A DNA stretch of 64,000 nt from Melioribacteraceae bacterium. Its GTDB lineage: Bacteria > Bacteroidota > Ignavibacteria > Ignavibacteriales > Melioribacteraceae. Of the stretch, positions 1 to 8,922 are shown in pieces. The first letter of the stretch is position 1. Every line of letters starts with the position of its first letter. Position numbers and translations under genes: made by a program. The notes beneath the pieces were generated by a model. The model ran no database searches. It saw only the letters and a list, made by a program, of their open reading frames with translations, and was not told the origin of the DNA. The stretch is taken from contig BQMY01000080.1 of the NCBI GenBank assembly GCA_022181065.1, positions 22,849 to 86,848 of the forward strand. Direction: 5' to 3'.

Positions 1-389
1 GTGATGCCTTGCTTTAAAGTGGGAACACCAAATGGTATCTCCCGACTCGCAAGTTTAATATGCTGTCGTCTTAATTTGAAATAAAGGAGCGGATAAAAAG
101 TGAGGGCAAGAATATGTGGCCAGTGAAAAATGATTATATCCGGACGTTCGATATTCACAACATCCATAAAACCTTTGAAAAATGTTTTACCGTACCAGGT
201 TTTATATTCCTCGAGATAGTGGACATCAAACTTGTACTTCTCATCTGCGAGATGCACTCCTTTTCCGACATTCTCACTTTTGCCCGCAGGGATAATCGCG
301 ACAATTTCTATATCCCTGTGTTCGGAAAGTTTGTTAAGAATGTTTATAAAATAGCTTCCGCTCGATAGAAGCAGGAAAAGTACTTTCAT
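1..389 (-). CDS. glycosyltransferase-like protein, N-terminal part (gene runs off left edge)
   Basis: Absent from the ORF track because there is no stop in the window. The reverse complement from ATG at 389 reads MKVLFLLLSSGSYFINILNKLSEHRDIEIVAII...RPDIIIFHWPHILAL and stays open to position 1. It has an ATGA start/stop overlap with the upstream flippase gene. The GT-B N-terminal-domain resemblance is weak recognition only. Confidence 0.45.
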   Translation of the reverse strand, partial: MKVLFLLLSSGSYFINILNKLSEHRDIEIVAIIPAGKSENVGKGVHLADEKYKFDVHYLEEYKTWYGKTFFKGFMDVVNIERPDIIIFHWPHILALTFYPLLYFKLRRQHIKLASREIPFGVPTLKQGI

Positions 390-1900
390 TTGATATTAAT
401 GTCTCCGGAGATAAACCCTTTAACTAAATTCACCAAATCTGCGGGTGATTTTAACGATTTAAGTATCTTTAATATAGCCTCTTTTTCATGAGGCGCAAAG
501 TATCCGGTGAAAAAAAGTGAAATTGGAAGAAAAATTATTATACCCGATTTATAAATTGTATTCAAATAAATGTTATCAAAACCGGGTAAAATTCCAATAA
601 AATAGAGTAAAACAGTAAACGCCAGTAATGAATAGATTTTCCTGAATTCAAAACTGAATCCGTAAAATTTACGGGAATAGAGATAGGAAACTTTGTATAA
701 AACTATATAGGATATAACGGTCGCTACAGCCGCTCCCTTAACACCAATTACAGGAATCAGAGCAAAGTTTAGAACTACGTTGAGGAGTGATACAAGAAAA
801 TTCACTACAGCAACAGTTTTAGTTTTTCCGGTGAGATACATACCAAGTGCGGCAATGATTGTCATTCCAACAAATACATATGATGACGCGAGATAGGGTA
901 CGATTTCAGCGGCTTCGTAGTAATTTGTACTTCGATCGAAAATCCATACAATTTCCTGTCCGAATAGTGCGACAGCAAGTGTAGGCAGCACCATTAGTAT
1001 CATGGCGAACGTCATCATTTTGCTGTAATAATAGCGATCATTATCCTTTTTGTATATTTTATACGCTACCGGAAAGATCGTGAGGTTAAGCGGCATCACA
1101 ACAAACATGTTGATTGTGCCGGTTATTCGATAAGCCAATTCGTACAAACCGAGTTGGTATTCATCGGTAAGGTATTGAATTATGTATCTATCGATTCCGA
1201 CAAGAAAATTGAGCGCTATTACACTAAAAATGAGGGGCAATCCAAATTTGAAGGATTCTTTTAACAGCTCACTTTCAAATTTAATCCGGATGGCTTTGAT
1301 AATAGGGGGTAACATAACAAAGAACGCCGCAACTTCCCCAATTATTGTGGCTAGTAAAACGCCCTCTATATTCCATCCGGCATAAATAACAAACCAGACT
1401 GTACCACCTATAATCCCGAGCAATTTAACAAATCCGCCCCAGAAGAACATCACCGGGTTTTCGTCTGCCCGCAATTTGTTTGTAAGCACATTGTTGAGCA
1501 TCATAATTCCGGTGAGATATGCGGTAAGTTTGATTGGCTCCCTGTAATTTTCTGGCTGGGGGAAAAGGGACGCGAGTGCTTCCTGAAAGAAAAGAAGTAT
1601 CGCTACCAGTAGGATACTCCACAAACCGATGACGAAAAAAACCGAGAAAAAATATGATTTCCTCCTGGAAACATACTCCGGAATATTGGAAAATCTGATA
1701 ATCGCCTGGTTCTGCCCACTAATTAATACAGAGGAAATAAACATCGCGCTTATCAGCATCAAACCGAGGCGCCCATATTCCTCAACGGTGAAATATTGCA
1801 GGTGAATTGGGAGAAGAAGAACTCCGGCAGCTTTAGCGAACATATTGCTTAAGCCGTATATCAGGGAGGTTTTAAATATTTTCGTTATCTTATCGAGCAT
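386..1900 (-). CDS. polysaccharide/oligosaccharide flippase (Wzx-like, MOP superfamily)
   Basis: 504 aa and hydrophobic throughout, with many predicted TM helices. The N-terminus (TSLIYGLSNMFAKAAGVLLLPI) and the length are typical of Wzx-type flippases. It lies next to a glycosyltransferase. Confidence 0.7.
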   Translation of the reverse strand: MLDKITKIFKTSLIYGLSNMFAKAAGVLLLPIHLQYFTVEEYGRLGLMLISAMFISSVLISGQNQAIIRFSNIPEYVSRRKSYFFSVFFVIGLWSILLVAILLFFQEALASLFPQPENYREPIKLTAYLTGIMMLNNVLTNKLRADENPVMFFWGGFVKLLGIIGGTVWFVIYAGWNIEGVLLATIIGEVAAFFVMLPPIIKAIRIKFESELLKESFKFGLPLIFSVIALNFLVGIDRYIIQYLTDEYQLGLYELAYRITGTINMFVVMPLNLTIFPVAYKIYKKDNDRYYYSKMMTFAMILMVLPTLAVALFGQEIVWIFDRSTNYYEAAEIVPYLASSYVFVGMTIIAALGMYLTGKTKTVAVVNFLVSLLNVVLNFALIPVIGVKGAAVATVISYIVLYKVSYLYSRKFYGFSFEFRKIYSLLAFTVLLYFIGILPGFDNIYLNTIYKSGIIIFLPISLFFTGYFAPHEKEAILKILKSLKSPADLVNLVKGFISGDINIK

Positions 1901-1958
1901 ATTTCTATTATTTTAACAGCATAAATTACTGAAATAAAATCACAAATATTGAGATTAT

Positions 1959-2465
1959 ATGTTCAAAAAAGTACGACCTGTAGTTTTTATAATCTGGGCT
2001 CACCTCTTTGCTTTTAGTATATTTTTACTCGTTTCCGATTTTGGAGGAAGCAGTGAGGAGTTTATTCCTGAAGACGCCAAACTCTCGCGTAGTTATTTCA
2101 GTCCTGATTCTCTGATGCAGATAAAACTGTTTAGATCTGAATTAGATGAAGATATCTACAGTCTCTCTTATAAATTCATGAATAAAAATGATAAACCGCT
2201 GTTGAGGGTTAAATCACTTCCCAAGATAGATTCTGTTAATATCAACTCTGAAAAGTGTCTGGTTTACACCGGGAAAATTGCCTTTGAGGAATTCCGGCTC
2301 GCGTCTATGGTTAAAGGTGAAATTACACCGGTTTATTACACCAATGGCGAACCGGGCACAGGTTCTGTAAACTGGTTTTCTCTCGGCAAAATTGGCGGAT
2401 ACATCACATTACTGCTTAGTATAGCGATGTTATATGTAATTTACGCTGAAACGAGAGGTAAATAA
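1959..2465 (+). CDS. hypothetical membrane protein (N- and C-terminal TM segments)
   Basis: 168-aa ORF. Its stop overlaps the recD2 start (TAATG at 2463-2467). No family recognised. Confidence 0.5.
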   Translation: MFKKVRPVVFIIWAHLFAFSIFLLVSDFGGSSEEFIPEDAKLSRSYFSPDSLMQIKLFRSELDEDIYSLSYKFMNKNDKPLLRVKSLPKIDSVNINSEKCLVYTGKIAFEEFRLASMVKGEITPVYYTNGEPGTGSVNWFSLGKIGGYITLLLSIAMLYVIYAETRGK

Positions 2466-4642
2466 TGCCCGAGCAGCTCACGGGTACAATAGAAAAAGTA
2501 ATTTTCAGAAATGAAGAAAATGGCTATACGGTTGCTTCGGTCGCAAGGGATGAATTTGCCCTCGATATTGTTGTTTTTTCTTCTCCTGATATAGACGCTG
2601 ATGTTAAATACAGGTTTGAAGGTGACTGGAAAATCCACCCCAAATTCGGTAAACAATTTATCGCCACTAATGTTCAGGAAGTCCTCCCCGAAAAAGTGGA
2701 GGATATTGAAATTTATCTCTCATCCAGATTTGTAGATGGTATCGGAGACGCACTCGCCAAACGAATCGTAGATAAATTTGGTGAGAAAACAATGGAAATC
2801 CTCGATAGCGATATTGACCGTCTTTCAGAAATAAGAGGCATCGGGAAGAAAAAACTGGAAGCGATCAAGGAAATCTGGAATGAACAAAAACAGAGTCGCG
2901 AAATTATCATTTTCCTGCAGGGGCTTGGGATAACACCGGCTTATGCTACCCGTATTTACAAACTTTACGGTTTGAATACTATTCCGATAGTTTCTAAAAA
3001 CCCTTATCGCCTGATTAGCGATATTCAGGGTATCGGGTTTCTTAAAGCAGACAGCATCGCCATGAACATGGGTATTGCTGTCGATTCCCCCTGGCGGATT
3101 GAAGCTGCAATGCTCCATTTTCTTCAGGAAACATCAGCGCAGGAAGGGCATGTATATTATCCCTCTGATAAACTCATCAATAAGTCCATGGAGCTTTTGC
3201 GCGTTGAAAAAGAGAATATATTATCCGCGCTTGGTTCCTTGCAGCATGAGGAAAAAGTTGTAGTCGATAATGAATTTCCTCTGGAACATGAGGTATTTCC
3301 TGTCTATCCCCGATTTGCCTACATGTACGAGACAGGAATCGTTCAGGATTTCCACCGACTTCAATCAATCGGGAATGCGTTCAAGCTTGACAATCTAGAT
3401 GAAGAAATTGAAAAAATATTCACCAATCAGCACTTCGAACCATCCGAAGAGCAGCTATCCGCAATAAAAAAAGCGGCATCGGAAAAACTTCTGATAATCA
3501 CCGGCGGTCCCGGTACAGGAAAAACCACAATTATCAGCACTATCCTGAAATTGTATAATCAGATGAAGAAAAAGGTACTCCTCGCAGCCCCAACCGGAAG
3601 AGCCGCGAAAAAAATGACTGAAGCGACCGGATTTGAAGCCCGCACTATTCATCGTCTGCTCGAGTTTAACCCGATTGAACGTGTGTTTGTAAGAGATGAA
3701 GAGAACCCGCTCGAAGCTGATCTTATTGTAATTGATGAAACCTCAATGGTGGATAACCAGCTTTTTTATAATCTGTTGAACGCAATACCAACAAGCGCGT
3801 CGGTGCTTTTTGTCGGGGATGTTGACCAGCTTCCCTCCGTTGGACCCGGGAATGTTCTGAAAGACCTGATCGATAGCGGCGAAATTGAAACGATAAAACT
3901 TACCAAAATTTTCAGACAGGCGGAAAAGAGTAAAATCATTACCAACTCACACAAAATAAATCGTGGTGAAATGCCGGAACTTGATCAGGATGATAATACC
4001 GACTTTTATTTCATACGTACCGCAATGCCGCAAACTGTTGTAGAAAGGGTTGTACAGCTTGTAAGCAAAGATTTACCCGAAAAATTCGGGCTTGATCCAT
4101 TCACCGACATACAGGTGCTTGCTCCCATGTACAGAACCGCCGCGGGAGTGGATAATCTTAACATTGCGCTGCAGGAAGCTGTGAATCCCCTCGGTAAGGA
4201 AATCGGTAAAGGAAATCCCCCCTTCAGGATATTTGACAAAGTAATGCAGACTAAAAACAATTACGAAAAGGAAGTATTCAACGGTGATATTGGTAAAATA
4301 TCACTTTACGATCATCAAACCAAAAAAGTTACGGTACGGTTCGATGATAAAATAGTGAAGTATGAACTAAGCGAAATGGATGAACTTTCAGCCGCTTATG
4401 CTATATCGGTTCACAAATCGCAGGGAAGTGAATACCCGTGCGTTATTATACCTGTTTTACGGGAGTTCAGCATTATGCTGCAGCGGAAATTGATTTATAC
4501 GGCATTGACAAGAGCAAAACAAATGGCGATATTACTCGGCAACGAACATGCTTTGCAAATGGCGGTAAAAAATAATCGCTCAAGTATTCGTTATACTTTG
4601 TTAAAAGAAAGGTTGAAAAAAATTGGAATCTCCCAAATATAG
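2465..4642 (+). CDS. recD2: ATP-dependent RecD-like DNA helicase (RecD2, SF1B)
   Basis: 725 aa. N-terminus LTGTIEKVIFRNEENGYTVASV, HhH-like middle region, Walker A GGPGTGKTT, DExx-like VIDETSMV, and C-terminal YAISVHKSQGSEY...YTALTRAK. Confidence 0.9.
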   Translation: MPEQLTGTIEKVIFRNEENGYTVASVARDEFALDIVVFSSPDIDADVKYRFEGDWKIHPKFGKQFIATNVQEVLPEKVEDIEIYLSSRFVDGIGDALAKRIVDKFGEKTMEILDSDIDRLSEIRGIGKKKLEAIKEIWNEQKQSREIIIFLQGLGITPAYATRIYKLYGLNTIPIVSKNPYRLISDIQGIGFLKADSIAMNMGIAVDSPWRIEAAMLHFLQETSAQEGHVYYPSDKLINKSMELLRVEKENILSALGSLQHEEKVVVDNEFPLEHEVFPVYPRFAYMYETGIVQDFHRLQSIGNAFKLDNLDEEIEKIFTNQHFEPSEEQLSAIKKAASEKLLIITGGPGTGKTTIISTILKLYNQMKKKVLLAAPTGRAAKKMTEATGFEARTIHRLLEFNPIERVFVRDEENPLEADLIVIDETSMVDNQLFYNLLNAIPTSASVLFVGDVDQLPSVGPGNVLKDLIDSGEIETIKLTKIFRQAEKSKIITNSHKINRGEMPELDQDDNTDFYFIRTAMPQTVVERVVQLVSKDLPEKFGLDPFTDIQVLAPMYRTAAGVDNLNIALQEAVNPLGKEIGKGNPPFRIFDKVMQTKNNYEKEVFNGDIGKISLYDHQTKKVTVRFDDKIVKYELSEMDELSAAYAISVHKSQGSEYPCVIIPVLREFSIMLQRKLIYTALTRAKQMAILLGNEHALQMAVKNNRSSIRYTLLKERLKKIGISQI

Positions 4643-5360
4643 ATTTTTATACATTTTCCCGCATCCGGATGATGAATCATTCGGACCCGCGCCGGTTATC
4701 CACCAACAGCTAAAAGCGGGACATGAGGTATTTCTGCTCACTCTAACAAGAGGCGGCGCTACCCGACAAAGATTCGCGCTAAATAAAACCATCGAGGAGA
4801 TGGGCGAAATCCGCTATCAGGAAATGCTGGTGGTAGAAAAAACACTCGGACTCACAGGCATGACAGTCCTAGACCTTCCCGACAGCGGTATGCAGGAAAT
4901 GGATCCCCGTGAAATTGAAAATGTGGTAAAAGAACATATACTCAATATTCGTCCCGATATTATAGTCAGTTACCCCGTTCATGGCAACAGCGGATTTCAT
5001 GACCACCTTGTTATGCACGCGGTTATTAAAAGAGTCTATCTTGAAATGAAAGATGAAGGAGACGATTTTGTTAAACGTCTGGCGTTTATCACTCTACCCG
5101 ACAAACCCGACAAACCGGTCTTCCTCGATGATGATACCTTCCGCATCAGGCAATCACCTGAAGAGCTGATCGATTGTATCGTAAAACTGCAAAAAGACGA
5201 TATCGAAATGATGAAAAAAACTCTTGCCTGCTATTCCACTTACAAGGATGTAATTGATAAATCGGGGGTGGTAGATAAAGTAGGGGACAAAGTTTATTTT
5301 GAGTTTTACGGCGAAGATTTCACTCCACCCGTGGGGGATGTGGTAGATGAACTTAGTTAA
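4623..5360 (+). CDS. PIG-L/LmbE family deacetylase
   Basis: The FPHPDDESFG motif near the N-terminus plus a later HxDH-like motif (GFHDHLVMH). The start appears to be TTG at 4623. It overlaps the recD2 end by 20 nt. Confidence 0.8.
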   Translation: MESPKYRFLYIFPHPDDESFGPAPVIHQQLKAGHEVFLLTLTRGGATRQRFALNKTIEEMGEIRYQEMLVVEKTLGLTGMTVLDLPDSGMQEMDPREIENVVKEHILNIRPDIIVSYPVHGNSGFHDHLVMHAVIKRVYLEMKDEGDDFVKRLAFITLPDKPDKPVFLDDDTFRIRQSPEELIDCIVKLQKDDIEMMKKTLACYSTYKDVIDKSGVVDKVGDKVYFEFYGEDFTPPVGDVVDELS

Positions 5361-5368
5361 TCAAAAGT

Positions 5369-5397
5369 GGTCGATTTTGCATATACCAAAAGCGACC
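5369..5397. terminator. hairpin between convergent genes (weak terminator candidate)
   Basis: ggtcgattttg-catatac-caaaagcgacc, 11-bp arms with one mismatch. There is no clear T-run. Confidence 0.3.
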
Positions 5398-5403
5398 TAG
5401 AGA

Positions 5404-5814
5404 CTACAGTTCTTCTAATTTACCTTTTGCACTTAGCTTATAAGAAAAAGGACGCTTCTGAGTCAATGCAATTTTGCTAATATCTTCCCAGCATTTTACT
5501 AGTAATTTGACCATATCCCAATAACTGTATCCTTTTCTAGATGGAGGTCTAAAATAGAACATTCCCAGATTATACTCTTCACACAATAATCGTTGATGTC
5601 TTATTCTGCGAATATTGAAATCTTGCGTGATAACACAGGCTTTTTTTTGACCTGCCAGAGGAATCCAATCTTCATCAGCCACACCTTGCCCGAACTCATT
5701 TCTGATAGATTTAATCTCTAGTGCTTCCATGGATTTAAAATTAAGTGGTTCTTGTAAAATGTCAAATCCCTTGGCTAGTTGTGGAGCAAGATTTTCATCG
5801 ATATAGACGATCAT
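5404..5814 (-). CDS. DUF5615-type PIN-like protein (putative toxin, VapC45-like)
   Basis: 136 aa. N-terminal IDENLAPQLA and the later ITQDFNI resemble the DUF5615 pattern. ATGA overlap with the upstream DUF433 gene. Confidence 0.6.
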   Translation of the reverse strand: MIVYIDENLAPQLAKGFDILQEPLNFKSMEALEIKSIRNEFGQGVADEDWIPLAGQKKACVITQDFNIRRIRHQRLLCEEYNLGMFYFRPPSRKGYSYWDMVKLLVKCWEDISKIALTQKRPFSYKLSAKGKLEEL

Positions 5815-6479
5815 GCAGCTTCACAGTATTGTATGGCATCTTTAACTAGTTTTTCCTCAATCTCGTAGAGATAGGCAATATATTTTGATGAACCTTCAAC
5901 TTTATATAGATCATATAAGGTTTCCGGTAAGATATTGGTGCCTGTTAAAATAGGTTTACCAAACTGTCTTTTGGGATCAACTACAACATAGTTTTCTTTT
6001 CCCATAGGCCAAAATCGTGAAGCTAAAATATCATCTCCAAATTCCAGTTTCTTGAAGAAAAACGAAACGAATTCGAGATTAAATTGCTCAGTTCCATCCA
6101 ATGAAAGAATATCTTCTTTTGCTCTCAAATAAATTGTCTTCCCATCGGTTTTGATACTTTCAAGTATATGTTTATTTGCAAATGGATACAAAGTATGACA
6201 CTGATTAACAAGCAATTTGTGTGCTTCTAAAACTGCTCGAGTTTTTACTCCGGCCTCACCTAAAAGATAGAGAATATAAAATTCGACCATTGTATGGAAA
6301 TTGACAGCTTTGGATCCATCCAAATCCCTTGAATATTTTCTTTTATACTCTTTTCCCAGATCTCCATCCCAATACTTATTCACCCATCGTGAAACTTTAT
6401 GATAAGGTAAATGTAAAATTTTTGAAAGATCGGGAAGTGTGTAAATCCCAGTTCCTATTTGAAGTTGGTTTTCGAACAA
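5811..6479 (-). CDS. DUF433 domain protein with N-terminal extension (putative antitoxin, VapB45-like)
   Basis: 222 aa. The C-terminus (GKPILTGTNILPETLYDLYKVEGSSKYIAYLYEIEEKLVKDAIQY) matches the DUF433 pattern. TTG start is preceded by GGGAG. Confidence 0.6.
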   Translation of the reverse strand: MFENQLQIGTGIYTLPDLSKILHLPYHKVSRWVNKYWDGDLGKEYKRKYSRDLDGSKAVNFHTMVEFYILYLLGEAGVKTRAVLEAHKLLVNQCHTLYPFANKHILESIKTDGKTIYLRAKEDILSLDGTEQFNLEFVSFFFKKLEFGDDILASRFWPMGKENYVVVDPKRQFGKPILTGTNILPETLYDLYKVEGSSKYIAYLYEIEEKLVKDAIQYCEAA

Positions 6480-6599
6480 TATTTCTCCCTCATATAATTG
6501 AGCTTAAAATACTATATGATTATTAAAATATCAATTTATTAAACAATATATTTATTATACAATCGGGGGTTAAAGTTTGTTCAATCGCTCTAAAAATGA

Positions 6600-7040
6600 T
6601 TTGCGCCCCTCCTGAGGGGGATAAACAGGAATTACAAACTATCGCGGCGCAGTCATACCCAACTTGATTGGGTATCCGGTTTTTATCTTTTAACTTAAGA
6701 CCTTTGACCACCCCCGGCTCTTTCCCGCGAAGCGGGGAATCCCCGTCAAGTGCTGATTCACAGAATTTTCATCTTGTCATCCCCGGCCCTTCGAGAATCC
6801 TCAGGGACCTAAATTAATGGAATCTGAGTTATATCACTTGTCCTGCGCAGCGGGGAAAACCCGGCATTGCAATGATTTAGCCGGATAGTGAGCTTGTCGA
6901 ACCGCGGTTCTTTCCCGCATTACGGGACAAGCGATAAGGTTGGTGAGTCCTTCGTACCCGCTTCACGGGCAGGCAAAAGCTCAGGACAAAGTTTATCAAA
7001 CCACAGGAGCCTTGTTTTTGTCTTGCACTTAGCTCCTGCG
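6600..7040. repeat. GC-rich cluster of short REP-like hairpin units
   Basis: Hairpins: cccctc-ct-gagggg (6606-6619), acccaa-cttga-ttgggt (6657-6673), cccgc-gaa-gcggg (about 6723-6737), palindrome gaaccgcggttc (6899-6910), tcccg-catta-cggga (about 6913-6927) and cccg-cttca-cggg (about 6957-6969). 'cttgtc' recurs at 6773, 6837 and 6893. The region is visibly more GC-rich than its flanks. Confidence 0.6.
6664..6709 (+). repeat. direct repeat copy A bracketing the hairpin cluster
   Basis: ttgattgggtatccggtttttatctttt...cctttgacc aligns with 7043-7087. 24 of 28 core positions are identical and both copies share a c(c/t)tttgac tail. Confidence 0.55.
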
Positions 7041-7042
7041 CA

Positions 7043-7087
7043 TTGATCGAGTATCCAGTTTTTATTTTTTGTTTTTCGCTTTTGACT
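7043..7087 (+). repeat. direct repeat copy B bracketing the hairpin cluster
   Basis: ttgatcgagtatccagtttttatttttt...cttttgact; see copy A. Confidence 0.55.
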
Positions 7088-7106
7088 GGTGACAGACGAC
7101 TATAGA

Positions 7107-8189
7107 CTATCTCCCGCCCTCAAGTCTGCTGATATCAGTCATCACCTGCTCCACACTTAAATCTTTGATACATTTGTAAAGCTTGTCGGAGCGGGTACAG
7201 GTAAGTGGTTTGGGTGAGTAATAAAAGCAGGGGGCGCAATCCAGATTTATAGTTGATATTATGTGATTAGTCTGCCAGGGATAAATATAATTTCTGTTGG
7301 TTGGCCCGATTAACGCGACAACGTTTAATTTCATAGCTGAGGCAACATGCATCAAACCGGAGTCGTTCGTAACGAAGGTATTACAACGTTTCATGACGGC
7401 GGCGGTTTGTGACATACTTCCGGTATTTACCTGAAAAGCCCTTTCGGAATTAATTGATTGTACAATTCCCGATTTGAGATCGGCTTCATCAGGGCCGCCA
7501 AATACCAGAACTTTCGCGTTTTTATCAGTTATCAGTTTTTTGCCAAGGTTAGCGAAATTTTCAGGTGACCAGCGTCTGTTAATATGATTTTTTAAAGTAT
7601 TACACCCGGCATGAAAACCAACAATATAATCACTTTCGTTAATGTTATTGTTTTCTAGCCATGTTTCGGCAAAGTTCGTGTCATCTTCGTTAAGCGGGAA
7701 TTGCAATGGCGGAATATCTTTTATTTTTTTGCCGGTTAGCTGTTCAATAAGCAGAATATTTTCTTCTACATTGTGGCGTGAATCTTCTTCAATGATACTA
7801 ACATTGTTGAGGAATCCGAGATTCTTTTTATCCTGCCGGAGGTAGCGAACAGCGGCTCTCTTTTTACTCCCTTGCAACAAAGAAATTACGTTATATTCTG
7901 CCCGGTTGGATGGATAAACGTTTATGGAAAGATCATATTTGCCGCGCAAACCTAACACAAACTTGAGGGAATTAACCGCGCCTTCCTTCATAAAATCAAA
8001 AAATACAACATTGTTGATTTGTGGAAGACGGGTGTAAATATCCTTCACCCCTTTGAACATAACGAGAGTGTCGATCTGCGCGTCGGGATATATTTCACGC
8101 AGTTTTACAAGGGCGGGAGTGAACATCAAAGCGTCGCCGATACCGGAGAGAGCGTTTACAAGAATACGTTTCGGATTAGTGTTATTCAT
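7107..8189 (-). CDS. glycosyltransferase family 9 (LPS heptosyltransferase-like)
   Basis: [19 protein letters not shown] near the N-terminus and a C-terminal [14 protein letters not shown] motif. I prefer ATG at 8189 over the track's TTG at 8216. It is the last gene of the Lpt/Kdo operon. Confidence 0.85.
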   Translation of the reverse strand: MNNTNPKRILVNALSGIGDALMFTPALVKLREIYPDAQIDTLVMFKGVKDIYTRLPQINNVVFFDFMKEGAVNSLKFVLGLRGKYDLSINVYPSNRAEYNVISLLQGSKKRAAVRYLRQDKKNLGFLNNVSIIEEDSRHNVEENILLIEQLTGKKIKDIPPLQFPLNEDDTNFAETWLENNNINESDYIVGFHAGCNTLKNHINRRWSPENFANLGKKLITDKNAKVLVFGGPDEADLKSGIVQSINSERAFQVNTGSMSQTAAVMKRCNTFVTNDSGLMHVASAMKLNVVALIGPTNRNYIYPWQTNHIISTINLDCAPCFYYSPKPLTCTRSDKLYKCIKDLSVEQVMTDISRLEGGR

Positions 8190-8922
8190 ACCGGTCGAGT
8201 TTGAATTTTTCACCAAGGTAGAGTTTTCTTACTTCTTCATCTTCAGCGAGGAAGTCGGCTGTACCATCTTTAAATATTTTACCATTTATCAGGATGTACG
8301 CGCGGTCAACGATACTGAGTGTTTCATGCACGTTATGATCCGTAATGAGGATGCCAATTCCTTTATGCTTGAGGTTATAGACGATTTTCATAATGTCTTC
8401 AACAGCGATCGGGTCAACACCGGCAAAAGGTTCGTCGAGAAGAATAAAATCAGGGTCGGTCGCGAGTCCACGCGCAATTTCGCAGCGCCTTCTTTCACCG
8501 CCGCTTAGTTGAAAACCGAGTGACTTACGAATATGCGCAATACTCAATTCATCGAGAAGTCCTTCCATTTTATCTACGCGTTCTTTTTTTGTGAGATTGG
8601 TCATCTGAAGAATTGCCATAATATTATCTTCAACCGATAACCTTCTGAACACAGAAGCTTCCTGAGGCAGATATCCAATTCCCATTTTTGCGCGTTTGTA
8701 CATCGGCATGGAAGTAATGTTTTGCGAGTCGATAAATACTTTGCCACCGTTTGGTTTAATCATTCCCACAATCATGTAAAACGTAGTAGTTTTACCCGCA
8801 CCGTTAGGACCAAGTAATCCAACAACCTCTCCCTGTGTAACGCGAACAGATACTTCCTTAACAACGGTACGTTTTTTATAAATTTTTACCAGATTTTCGC
8901 TTCTAAGTTCTCGTTGGCTCAT
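8182..8922 (-). CDS. lptB: LPS export ABC transporter ATP-binding protein LptB
   Basis: Walker [10 protein letters not shown], signature LSGGERRR, Walker B ILLDEP, plus the LptB-typical [18 protein letters not shown]. Its position after lptC and lptA fits. Confidence 0.9.
   Translation of the reverse strand: MSQRELRSENLVKIYKKRTVVKEVSVRVTQGEVVGLLGPNGAGKTTTFYMIVGMIKPNGGKVFIDSQNITSMPMYKRAKMGIGYLPQEASVFRRLSVEDNIMAILQMTNLTKKERVDKMEGLLDELSIAHIRKSLGFQLSGGERRRCEIARGLATDPDFILLDEPFAGVDPIAVEDIMKIVYNLKHKGIGILITDHNVHETLSIVDRAYILINGKIFKDGTADFLAEDEEVRKLYLGEKFKLDRYE

Noticed and set aside
114-368. 84-aa plus-strand ORF at the left edge
   Set aside because: It lies entirely antisense to a better minus-strand reading frame (start 389, open to position 1). 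That frame is ATGA-coupled to the flippase gene and has a glycosyltransferase-like N-terminus.
5428-5439. 12-mer ttgcacttagct also present at 7023-7034, considered as possible att/target-site duplication flanking the TA-plus-repeat patch
   Set aside because: Exact 12-mer matches between two sites are expected many times by chance in 64 kb. One copy lies inside the toxin coding sequence, and there is no integrase or further flank similarity.
6523-6711. 62-aa minus-strand ORF (..IPNQVGYDCAAIV..SPSGGAQ..)
   Set aside because: It is a translation of the GC-rich hairpin repeat units. It has no SD and no coding-like periodicity.
6600-7090. Possible CRISPR array or structured housekeeping RNA (tmRNA, RNase P, SRP, 6S) in the GC-rich spacer
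   Set aside because: There is no constant-length identical repeat alternating with unique spacers, and no cas genes. I could not find hallmark motifs of RNase P (GAGGAAAGUCC) or a tmRNA tag/acceptor end. The repeated units are heterogeneous hairpins.
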